64,000 nt of DNA from Actinomycetota bacterium (lineage in GTDB: Bacteria; Actinomycetota; Acidimicrobiia; Acidimicrobiales; VFJN01), in NCBI GenBank assembly GCA_049325515.1, contig JBMOLI010000004.1, forward strand, positions 152,006 to 216,005. The letters run 5' to 3'. Under the pieces are notes generated by a model. The model saw only the letters and a program-made list of their open reading frames with translations, had not been told where the DNA came from and ran no database searches. The position numbers were made by a program, and so were the translations under genes. Shown here piece after piece: positions 47,115 to 55,087 of this stretch. How positions within the stretch are numbered: position 1 is the stretch's first letter; each line of letters opens with the position of its first letter.

Positions 47115-48569
47115 ATGACCATCGAACGTGGCGAGCTGTTCATCGACGGTGGGTTCGTGTCACCGTCCTCGTCGAGCATCATCGAGGTGCGTTCTCCAGC
47201 CGACGGCCAGCTGATCGGCTCGGTGCCCGAAGCCGATCTGACCGACCTCGACATTGCCGTCGCGGCGGCTCGCCGGGCCTTCGACGAGGGCCCATGGCCC
47301 CGCCTCACGATGGCCGAGCGGGCCGAGTGCCTCGGCCAGCTCCATGCCGAGCTCAACGGCCGGCAGGCCGAGCTGGCCGCTCTCGTGACCGACGAGGTCG
47401 GCACGCCGATCTCGTTCTCCACCATGGTTCAAGCCATGGTGCCGATGATGTTCCTCGACTACTACGTCGACCTCGGCCGCTCCTACGCCACCGAGGAGCT
47501 GCGGCCGGGAATGCTGGGGCCGAGCATCGTGGTCCGGGAGCCCGTGGGCGTTGTAGGCGCCATCGTGCCGTGGAACTACCCCTTCTACCTCACCATCGCC
47601 AAGGTCGCCCCGGCCCTCCTTGCGGGATGTACGGTCGTGGTCAAGCCCGCCCCCGAAACTCCGCTCGACACCTACCTGCTGGCTGAGGCGGCGGTCGCCG
47701 TCGGCCTGCCCCCCGGGGTCCTGAACATCCTTCCCGCCGGCCGAGAGGTCAGCGAGGCGCTGGTGGGCCATCCAGGGATCGACAAGATCAGCTTCACGGG
47801 CAGCACGGCCACTGGCAAGCGGATCATGGGGATCTGCGCTGAGTCGGTGCGCCGCGTCACCCTGGAGCTCGGCGGCAAGTCGGCGTGCATCCTGCTCGAC
47901 GATGCCGACCTCGACCTCGCGGTGCCGGGCGCCGTCCAGGCGGCCACCCTGAACTCGGGCCAGACGTGCGTAGCCCAGACGCGCCTGCTCGTCCCCCGCT
48001 CCCGTCACGACGAGGTGGTCGACCGGGTGGTTGGCCTCTTCGAGTCGATGGTCGTGGGGGATCCCAAGGACCCCAGCACCACCGTCGGTCCCATGGTCTC
48101 GGCCCGCCAGCAGGAACGGGTCCTCGGCTACATCGAGGTCGGCGAGCGCGAGGGCGCCAAGGTTGTCACCGGTGGCGGGGTGCCTCGGGGCCTCGACGGC
48201 GGCCACTTCGTTGAGCCCACCGTGTTCGTGGGCGTCGAGAACCAGATGCGCATCGCCCAGGAGGAGATCTTCGGTCCGGTCCTCGCCGTCATCCCCTACG
48301 ACGGCGAGGACGATGCCGTGGAGCTGGCCAACGACAGCATCTACGGCCTGTCCGGGGCGGTGTGGTCCAGCGACACCGACCGCGGTGTCGCCGTTGCTCG
48401 ACGGATCCGGACCGGCACCTTCGCCGTGAACGGCCTCGGGATGAACCCGGCGGCGCCCTTCGGCGGGTTCAAGCAGTCGGGGATCGGGCGAGAGCTGGGG
48501 CCGGAGGGCCTGAGCCCCTACCTCGAGTACAAGTCGATCTCCGTCCCCGCCACCTACACGGGCAGCTGA
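47115..48569 (+). CDS. aldehyde dehydrogenase (NAD(P)+)
   Basis: ELGGKSACILLDDAD, NSGQTCVAQTR, FTGSTATG and EEIFGPV. ATG 47115 lies 4 nt after GAGGAG. Confidence 0.9.
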   Translation: MTIERGELFIDGGFVSPSSSSIIEVRSPADGQLIGSVPEADLTDLDIAVAAARRAFDEGPWPRLTMAERAECLGQLHAELNGRQAELAALVTDEVGTPISFSTMVQAMVPMMFLDYYVDLGRSYATEELRPGMLGPSIVVREPVGVVGAIVPWNYPFYLTIAKVAPALLAGCTVVVKPAPETPLDTYLLAEAAVAVGLPPGVLNILPAGREVSEALVGHPGIDKISFTGSTATGKRIMGICAESVRRVTLELGGKSACILLDDADLDLAVPGAVQAATLNSGQTCVAQTRLLVPRSRHDEVVDRVVGLFESMVVGDPKDPSTTVGPMVSARQQERVLGYIEVGEREGAKVVTGGGVPRGLDGGHFVEPTVFVGVENQMRIAQEEIFGPVLAVIPYDGEDDAVELANDSIYGLSGAVWSSDTDRGVAVARRIRTGTFAVNGLGMNPAAPFGGFKQSGIGRELGPEGLSPYLEYKSISVPATYTGS

Positions 48570-48642
48570 CGCAGGTGCCCGCCCCGCCCGGATCGTGTCG
48601 AGGTGGTTGCGACAGAAGACGGAATCTGTCACAGTCCTTGTG

Positions 48643-48936
48643 ATGGCCCGCTCCTTCTCGAAGCGCCACGGCGCCCCTTATGTGATCATCGACGGTTGCA
48701 TCGAGTGCGGCATCTGCGAGCGTGTCTGCCCGTACGACGCCATCTTCATGAGCGACGACCTCGAGTACGTGGTCGACGGCTCGCTCTGCCCGAGCTGCAA
48801 CCGGTGCCTCGACCCGTGTCCCGTCGACGCCATCATCCCGATGGATGCGCCGGGGGCGGCGGCGATCCGCGAATCGAACCGACCGTTCGTGCTCGAAGAC
48901 TGGCAATCGATCCTGGCCAACCACGGAGGCAACTGA
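48643..48936 (+). CDS. 2x[4Fe-4S] ferredoxin
   Basis: CIECGICERVCP and CPSCNRCLDPCP (two CxxCxxCxxxCP motifs). ATG 48643. An alternative GTG lies at 48595. Confidence 0.8.
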   Translation: MARSFSKRHGAPYVIIDGCIECGICERVCPYDAIFMSDDLEYVVDGSLCPSCNRCLDPCPVDAIIPMDAPGAAAIRESNRPFVLEDWQSILANHGGN

Positions 48937-49814
48937 TGAAGAAGTTCATGGTCCCCGACGAGCTGCAGCGAGATGAGAGGTTCACCCGCACGCCGGTGCC
49001 GCTCGACTTCCTGATGGCGGAGGAGGTCACGGTCGAGCAGGTCGAAGAGACGATGATGAACCTTCTCGCCAACGACGAGGTCCGTCAGATGATGGAGGAG
49101 GGCACCGCAACCGGTGGCGCTCCCAACATCCTCAAGCGGGTCAGGCCGGACGAAGACGACGCACCCGTGTTCATCAAGACCCAGATGCACGGGATCTTCA
49201 TGGGCGAGATGCAGGCCCTCGAAGCGGCTGGTCGGAGCGCGTGGGACTTCACAGATGACGAGGAGCTGCCGTGGAAGTTCCAGCTCGACATGGCCCGGCA
49301 GTGCTGGGACGAGACGCGCCACGTGGAGATCTACTCGGCGCTCCTCGATCATGTCGGCTGCGAGATCGGGGAGTTCTCGGAGAACCTCTTCCTGTTCGAG
49401 TTCGGCTGCTCCGATGATCCAGCGGAGCGCGTCGTCGGCGTCAACCGGTGCCTCGAGGGCCTAGCCCTCGACGTCTTCAACGATACGATCCGGTTCGGCA
49501 AGCAGGCTGACGACGACGCCATCTGGCGGTCGGTCGACTACGTCGCCGCTGACGAAGTCACCCACGTGCGGTTCGGCCAGGTTTGGTCGAAGGCGCTGAC
49601 CGAGAACGACCCCGAGCGACGCAAGAAGGTCGTGGACTTCCAGCGCAAGGTCGACCGAGCCTTCAGCCTGGGGGGCCTGCGCGGCTCCTACGACGGCGCC
49701 AACGCCGAGAAGTTCCTTCCCCTTGCCGTCGAGTTCCGCAAGCTGGCTGGCTTCACTGACGAGGACATCGCCGATGTCGCCGGTGCTGGCCCCAGGGTGG
49801 TGGAGGCCCAGTGA
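48936..49814 (+). CDS. ferritin-like di-iron carboxylate protein, DUF455-like
   Basis: E96-x29-E126TRH129 and E174-x32-E207VTH210 (GEMQALE / WDETRH / CLEGLALD / ADEVTHV). TGATG overlap with the ferredoxin gene. Confidence 0.75.
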   Translation: MKKFMVPDELQRDERFTRTPVPLDFLMAEEVTVEQVEETMMNLLANDEVRQMMEEGTATGGAPNILKRVRPDEDDAPVFIKTQMHGIFMGEMQALEAAGRSAWDFTDDEELPWKFQLDMARQCWDETRHVEIYSALLDHVGCEIGEFSENLFLFEFGCSDDPAERVVGVNRCLEGLALDVFNDTIRFGKQADDDAIWRSVDYVAADEVTHVRFGQVWSKALTENDPERRKKVVDFQRKVDRAFSLGGLRGSYDGANAEKFLPLAVEFRKLAGFTDEDIADVAGAGPRVVEAQ

Positions 49815-50566
49815 CGGCCAACGGCAACGGCACCGCCAACGGCGAAGTCGTCTCCGGTTACGGCACGGCTCGTCGCGCGCAGCCCTTCCCCTACTGGGAC
49901 CGCCGGCGGCTGATCGGCGAGTGGACAGTGGAGGAGTCGGTCGAGCGGATCGTGCACTACAAGTTCGCCGAGCAGCAGCTCTCCGCCGCGCTCGGCGGCT
50001 GGGTCGCGACCATCCCCGAGCTGGATGTCAAGGCGATGCTGGGCACACACTGCTACCAGCATGCCTGGCACGCCGACCTGTGGCGGCTGCGGTTGCCCGA
50101 GCTGCGCGAGACGCGTGAGGACCGCGCCGAACCCGCCAACCCAGAGTTCGAAGCGTTCATGACGGAGCTGACGAGCCCGGGGGAGCCCGACGAGACGATA
50201 GAGAAGCTGGTCGGGATCTACCGGGTGCTCGTGCCGCACCTCCTCGCTACCTACAGCTTTCACCAGAGGGTGACATCGGACATCGTGGACGCACCGACGG
50301 TGCGGATCCTGAAGTTCATGATCGACGACGACGTCGAGCAGCTCATCACGGGCGAGATGATGATCCAGGACCTCGCCCGCGCGCCCGAGCTCCGCGAACG
50401 GGCGGGGAAGTGGCAGACGCACCTCGATGTCATGTTGGCCAGGTCCGGGGGCGTGGCCGGTGAGCGCACCCTGGGTGGCCGGTCGGAGATCGTGAAGCCG
50501 GCCCGCGCCGTCCTGGGCCAGGCGTTGCGGAGCCGTCGCGAGGGCGCCAAGGCCACCACCTCCTGA
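49811..50566 (+). CDS. hypothetical protein (251 aa), no family recognised
   Basis: GTGA overlap with the upstream gene and TGATG overlap with the downstream gene. Composition is protein-like. The HCYQHAWH motif sits about 30 residues after E54. Confidence 0.65.
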   Translation: MTANGNGTANGEVVSGYGTARRAQPFPYWDRRRLIGEWTVEESVERIVHYKFAEQQLSAALGGWVATIPELDVKAMLGTHCYQHAWHADLWRLRLPELRETREDRAEPANPEFEAFMTELTSPGEPDETIEKLVGIYRVLVPHLLATYSFHQRVTSDIVDAPTVRILKFMIDDDVEQLITGEMMIQDLARAPELRERAGKWQTHLDVMLARSGGVAGERTLGGRSEIVKPARAVLGQALRSRREGAKATTS

Positions 50567-50874
50567 TGGAGGATCCGGTGCCCGTATCACGAGACCTGTA
50601 CGAGGGCGACGCCACGGTCGCTGAGACCCTGCAGATCGAGCAGCGCCTCCGCGACGCCGGCTATGCCGCGTTGCCAAAGGTCCTCAGCTATGGAGGGGAC
50701 TTCGACTTCAAGGGTGCCTCAGTTGAGCAGGTGGTCGACGAGGCTCTCCGGTACCTGCGGCACCAGCAGACCGTGGAGCTGGCGGGCGCGACCATTCTGG
50801 CCGCCCTCGGCGAGACCGCTGTGAAGGCGCAGGCCTTCGACGCGATTCTCCGGTTGGTGCGGCGCGGGCGGTGA
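50566..50874 (+). CDS. hypothetical small protein (102 aa)
   Basis: Translationally coupled on both sides. Hand count gives about 84% G/C at third codon positions. No motif recognised. Confidence 0.55.
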   Translation: MEDPVPVSRDLYEGDATVAETLQIEQRLRDAGYAALPKVLSYGGDFDFKGASVEQVVDEALRYLRHQQTVELAGATILAALGETAVKAQAFDAILRLVRRGR

Positions 50875-51749
50875 GCGAGCCGGAGGAGATCGAGTTCGTC
50901 GCTGGCTCCCTTGTTCTCAGGGGCACGGTCCGGGGGCCTAGCGACGGGTTGCACGTCGTGCTCCTCCACGGCGGTGGCCAGACGCGCCACTCCTGGGGGA
51001 CGGTCGCAGAACACCTCGCACGCCGTGGATGCCGCGCCATAGCCATGGACTTGCGGGGCCATGGACGAAGCGACTGGGCACCCGATGGCGACTACCGGAT
51101 CAGCGCCTTCGCCGCCGACCTGCTGTCGGTCGTCGCGCAGCTCAACGACGCGCCGATAGTGATCGGGGCATCCCTGGGCGGCATGGCCGCCCTGATCGCC
51201 GAGGGGGAGGCCCGGCAGCAGGTGAGCAGTGGGCTGGTGCTCGTCGACATAGCCCCTCGCGTGGAGGTGAGCGGCGTCGCCCGGATCGTCGGGTTCATGA
51301 CGTCGAACTTGGACGGCTTCGACTCGCTCGAGGAGGCAGCGGACGCGATCGCCGCCTACAGACCTGACCGGCCACGGTCGACCGATCTCGACGGCTTGTC
51401 GAAGAACCTGCGTCAACTCCCTGATGGTCGGTGGAGGTGGCACTGGGACCCGGCCTTCATGAGTCTCGAGCGGGGCGCGGCAAGCGAGGGTACGGGCGAC
51501 CGCCTGGCGCACGCGGCTCGGCAAGTCGACGTCCCCACCTTGTTGGTGCGGGGCAAGCGGAGTGATCTGCTGAGCGAGAGCGGCGCGCAGCACTTTCTCG
51601 AGCTGGTGCCGCACGCGCAGTTCGTCGACGTGGCCGATGCTGGACACATGGTGGTGGGGGATCGCAACGACGCGTTCGCGGCTGCGATCCTGGGCTTCGT
51701 CGACGAGATCTGCACTACGACAAAGGACGTTGGGCACACCGCCGGCTGA
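50871..51749 (+). CDS. alpha/beta hydrolase
   Basis: VVLLHGGGQTRHSW...DLRGHGRSD...VIGASLGG (nucleophile elbow)...DAGHMVVGD. GTGA overlap with the upstream ORF. Confidence 0.85.
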   Translation: MSEPEEIEFVAGSLVLRGTVRGPSDGLHVVLLHGGGQTRHSWGTVAEHLARRGCRAIAMDLRGHGRSDWAPDGDYRISAFAADLLSVVAQLNDAPIVIGASLGGMAALIAEGEARQQVSSGLVLVDIAPRVEVSGVARIVGFMTSNLDGFDSLEEAADAIAAYRPDRPRSTDLDGLSKNLRQLPDGRWRWHWDPAFMSLERGAASEGTGDRLAHAARQVDVPTLLVRGKRSDLLSESGAQHFLELVPHAQFVDVADAGHMVVGDRNDAFAAAILGFVDEICTTTKDVGHTAG

Positions 51750-51874
51750 TCGCGCCCGGTGTCAGCGACAGGTCGGGACCCAGGCAGGCAGGTCGCCGGA
51801 CCGCTGTGCCTCACGCCACCCGGCCCGCACCCACGAGCACGAGAGTGCTTGGTCCGACGCTGGGGCGGCGGTGG

Positions 51875-52543
51875 TCAACCGCCGTTGGCCGATCGGGTTC
51901 GCTGGCGGGATCGACGGCGGGGTTCGACTGGCCTCGGATCGGCGATGAGCGCCGGCACCAGGAACGTCTGCAGGTAGTGGTACATGTCAGCCTCCGTGCG
52001 CTGGCGCGGCCCGGCCACCGTGAGGAGTGACAGGATCGTCCTCAGTGTCCATTCCGCGGCGTCGTCGAGGTCGATCCCGACTCTGATCTCGCCGGTCTGC
52101 TGGGCGGCCTCGAACAGTGGCCCGAGGAACTGGGCGGTGAGGTCGAAGAGCGCCTCGGACGCACCGGCCACCGCACCGGTGAGCCCTGCGGCTTCCGGAG
52201 CAAAGAGGAGGGCCAGGTTCTCGTCCGTTCGCACGGCCTTCACGGTGAAGAGAACCCCGGACACCAAGGCCGTCTCGAGGTCCGGCTGGGCGTTCAGCCG
52301 GTCGCTCAGGCGCTCGAGGAACCGGCCGGCTTCGCGCATCAGCACCGCCAGGATGATCGCGTCGCGCCCGTCGAAGTAGCGGTACACCGTCGCCCGAGAC
52401 ACCTTGGCTGTGGCGGCTACATCCTCGACCGTGGTCTTCATGACGCCATAGCGGTGGAAGCACGCTTCGGCAGCGTCTATAAGGCGTTCCCGTGCGGCGC
52501 TGGTGCTGTTCGGCGCATCGGCGCCCCATCGGAGCTTGGTCAC
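51875..52543 (-). CDS. TetR/AcrR family transcriptional regulator
   Basis: HTH TTVEDVAATAKVSRATVYRYFDGRDAII. GTG start. Confidence 0.85.
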   Translation of the reverse strand: MTKLRWGADAPNSTSAARERLIDAAEACFHRYGVMKTTVEDVAATAKVSRATVYRYFDGRDAIILAVLMREAGRFLERLSDRLNAQPDLETALVSGVLFTVKAVRTDENLALLFAPEAAGLTGAVAGASEALFDLTAQFLGPLFEAAQQTGEIRVGIDLDDAAEWTLRTILSLLTVAGPRQRTEADMYHYLQTFLVPALIADPRPVEPRRRSRQRTRSANGG

Positions 52544-53017
52544 TGACCGATCCTACCGAGTCCGCGACTCCGGCTTGCGCCATCGCGAGCAGGAGCCGCG
52601 CTGGTGCTCGTGGAGCCAGAAGCCATCGTCACGCCGCCACGATGGTCGAAGCCGGTCCGCCGGAACGCTGCGGTCTTGGGGTATGACCTGGTTCGCCGAG
52701 CGGACCGGCCCCGATCGTGGCGCACGCCGACTGGGTTGCACCACGCGCTGCGCGCCCGGGGGAGGGCAGGCAGCTCGATTGTCGGCAGGACCTCATCTTC
52801 ACCCATGCTAACACAAATCACAGATCCCGCCTCATGTCGTGGGCCGTTCTAGTTTTCTCCCGCGATCGGAGATCTCGAGCGGATCCTGACGCATCGTGAG
52901 CACGTGCGGGGCTCCGAGGCATCGACCGTCGAGGTGCTTGCCTGCCGCCAGCCGCCGAGCTCGACGGGTCACGGAGGGCTGCGGTCACTGCGCCACGGAG
53001 CGGGCTCCTCGGCGAAT

Positions 53018-53046
53018 GTGACAAACGACACGAGTTGTACTAGTCT
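53018..53046 (+). promoter_or_regulatory. candidate promoter GTGACA-17 nt-TAGTCT upstream of the ABC importer operon
   Basis: GTGACA at 53018-53023, 17-nt spacer, TAGTCT at 53041-53046, in an AT-rich island about 40 nt before TTG 53087. Pattern match only. Confidence 0.35.
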
Positions 53047-53086
53047 CCTCTAATCAGTCACCGAGACCGAAAGGGGGGATCTCGGC

Positions 53087-55087
53087 TTGATCTACGTAAA
53101 CGGTGCACTTGTCGGGATCCTCACGGGCGCGGCGTACTCGCTCGTCGCCGTCAGCATCACGCTCATGTTCCGGTCCACCGGCGTGCTGTCCTTCGCACAC
53201 GCCGCGTTCGCGGCGGTCGGCGCCTACGTCTACGCCGATCTCGCCGGCGGCGGCATGCAGCCGGTGGCGGCGATGTTTCTGGCTCTGCTCGTCACGGTCA
53301 CCTACGGGTTGGTCATCGAGCGGCTCGCCATCCGGCCCGTGCGGTCGGCGTCAGCCACCACGAAGCTGATCGTCACCCTCGGCGTGTTGTCGATGACCAC
53401 CGGGCTGCTGTTGCAGTTCTACGGGTTCGAGCCGACGAGCGCTCCGCTGCTCCTCCCGAACCGAACCGTCACCATCGGCGACGTAGCGTTCTCCTACCAG
53501 CAGATCGCGATCTTCGTCGTCGCTGCTGTGCTGGCCGCGGCGCTCGGCTGGTTCCTTCGAGCCACTCGCTTCGGTCTCGCGGTGCGCGCCGTGGCCGAGA
53601 ACGGCGAGGCGGCCCGCCTCATGGGCGTTCCGTTGGTGCAGGTGGCCCGGTTCAACTGGGCGCTCGGCGCGTTCCTCGCCGGGCTGACGGGCATCCTGGT
53701 CGCACCCCTGTCGGTCATCACGGTAGCGACGTTCCCGCTGCTGTTGACCAAGGCGCTCACCGCCACACTCTTCGGCGGTCTCGTATCGCTTCCCCTCACG
53801 CTGGCCGGGGGTCTCGTCGTGGGCGTGGTGGAGAGCATCACCACCCTGAAGACCTCGTTCTCGGGCTCCAAGGAGCTCGCCACGCTGTTCCTGGTCATCG
53901 CGCTGCTGGTGCTACGGCGACGCTGGCCAGCAGAGGCGACCGAGGAGACGGTCTTCGCTCGCCGTGCTCCGCTGCGGACCATCGAACCGCTGATGCGGCG
54001 CCTTTCGTCGGGCTTGGAGCGAGCTCGGCCCGTCCTCGTGGCCGTGGCAGTGCCATTTGCTGCCTACGGCCTCTACCTCGCCAGCACCCGCAACTACTGG
54101 GGCTTCGTCGGCGCCCGGGGATTGTTCTACGTGATCGAGGCGCTCAGCCTGGTGCTGCTCGTGGGCTGGGGTGGCCAGGTCAGCCTCATGCACGGCGCCT
54201 ACGTAGGCATCGGTGCCTTCATGACCGCATACCTCGTGACCGAGCACGGTCTTCCGCTCCCGGTCGCGATCATTGTCGCCGCGTTGACGGGCATGGCGAT
54301 GGGCGCGGTGGCCGGCCTCCCGGCGCTGCGGCTCAGCGGTCTGCAGTTCGGGATCGCGTCGTTGGCGTTCGCCGCGGCCGCGTCTGAGTGGCTCTTCAAG
54401 CGGCCCGAGTTCCCGAAGAGCCTGCCACGAGGGGAGCTGTTCGGCCTCGACCTGTTCGAGGACACGACCGTCTTCCTGGTGATGCTGCCCGTCACGGTCG
54501 CGCTCTACCTCTTGGTGTGGAACGTCCGGCGCTCCACGTTCGGGCCGCTGTTGATCTCGGCGCGCGATGCCGGGTCGACCGTCGCCCACTTCGGCGCCAA
54601 CCCCAAGCGCACCCGCATGTGGGCGTTCATGCTCGCCTCGTTCATCGCCGCGCTGGGAGGAGCGTTCTACGGCGTCCTGCTCAGTGGCTTCCAGCCGTTC
54701 GACTTCTCGTTCTTCTTGTCCATTGCCCTGTTGCTGTACGTGGTCGTCGGCGGGGTGCAATCGCTGAGCGGGCCGCTGCTGGCCGGGTTCCTCTTCGGCA
54801 TCGTGCCGCAGCTGCTGCAGCGGGGGTCCTCGGGGACCAGCGCCAGCGCCATTCCGGACATCGTCGCCGGCGCGGTCGTCGTGGTGCTCATGGCGGCCCG
54901 GCCGGGTGGGCTGGCCGAGCTCCTCGGCCGAGGGGGTGGTGAGGCGCCGGGGGGGAGCCGCCTGCGTGCAGGACGGTTCGATCTAGTGGTCGCGTCACAC
55001 CACCGACGACCTGCGACCGACCGAAGCGATGCGCAGGGCCAGCGTGCCCCCGCTGCCGAGGACACCGAGGAGCTGGTCACACGATGA
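53087..55087 (+). CDS. branched-chain-amino-acid-type (Liv/HAAT family) ABC transporter permease, fused LivH-like + LivM-like halves
   Basis: The N-half (LTGAAYSLVAVSITLMFRSTGVLSFAHAAF) is LivH-like. The C-half (EALSLVLLVGWGGQVSLMHGAYVGIGAF) is LivM-like. TTG start lies 7 nt after GAAAGGGGGGA. Confidence 0.85.
   Translation: MIYVNGALVGILTGAAYSLVAVSITLMFRSTGVLSFAHAAFAAVGAYVYADLAGGGMQPVAAMFLALLVTVTYGLVIERLAIRPVRSASATTKLIVTLGVLSMTTGLLLQFYGFEPTSAPLLLPNRTVTIGDVAFSYQQIAIFVVAAVLAAALGWFLRATRFGLAVRAVAENGEAARLMGVPLVQVARFNWALGAFLAGLTGILVAPLSVITVATFPLLLTKALTATLFGGLVSLPLTLAGGLVVGVVESITTLKTSFSGSKELATLFLVIALLVLRRRWPAEATEETVFARRAPLRTIEPLMRRLSSGLERARPVLVAVAVPFAAYGLYLASTRNYWGFVGARGLFYVIEALSLVLLVGWGGQVSLMHGAYVGIGAFMTAYLVTEHGLPLPVAIIVAALTGMAMGAVAGLPALRLSGLQFGIASLAFAAAASEWLFKRPEFPKSLPRGELFGLDLFEDTTVFLVMLPVTVALYLLVWNVRRSTFGPLLISARDAGSTVAHFGANPKRTRMWAFMLASFIAALGGAFYGVLLSGFQPFDFSFFLSIALLLYVVVGGVQSLSGPLLAGFLFGIVPQLLQRGSSGTSASAIPDIVAGAVVVVLMAARPGGLAELLGRGGGEAPGGSRLRAGRFDLVVASHHRRPATDRSDAQGQRAPAAEDTEELVTR

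Noticed and set aside
47160-48632. Minus-strand ORF of 490 aa
   Set aside because: It is antisense shadow of the aldehyde dehydrogenase gene.
52863-52886. Cluster of 6-bp palindromic restriction-type sites (CGATCG, AGATCT, CTCGAG, GGATCC) resembling a polylinker
   Set aside because: There is no flanking vector-like sequence. CGATCG and CTCGAG are common in high-G+C DNA, and the core is simply an 8-bp palindrome GAGATCTC. I treat it as natural and mention it only under the spacer finding.
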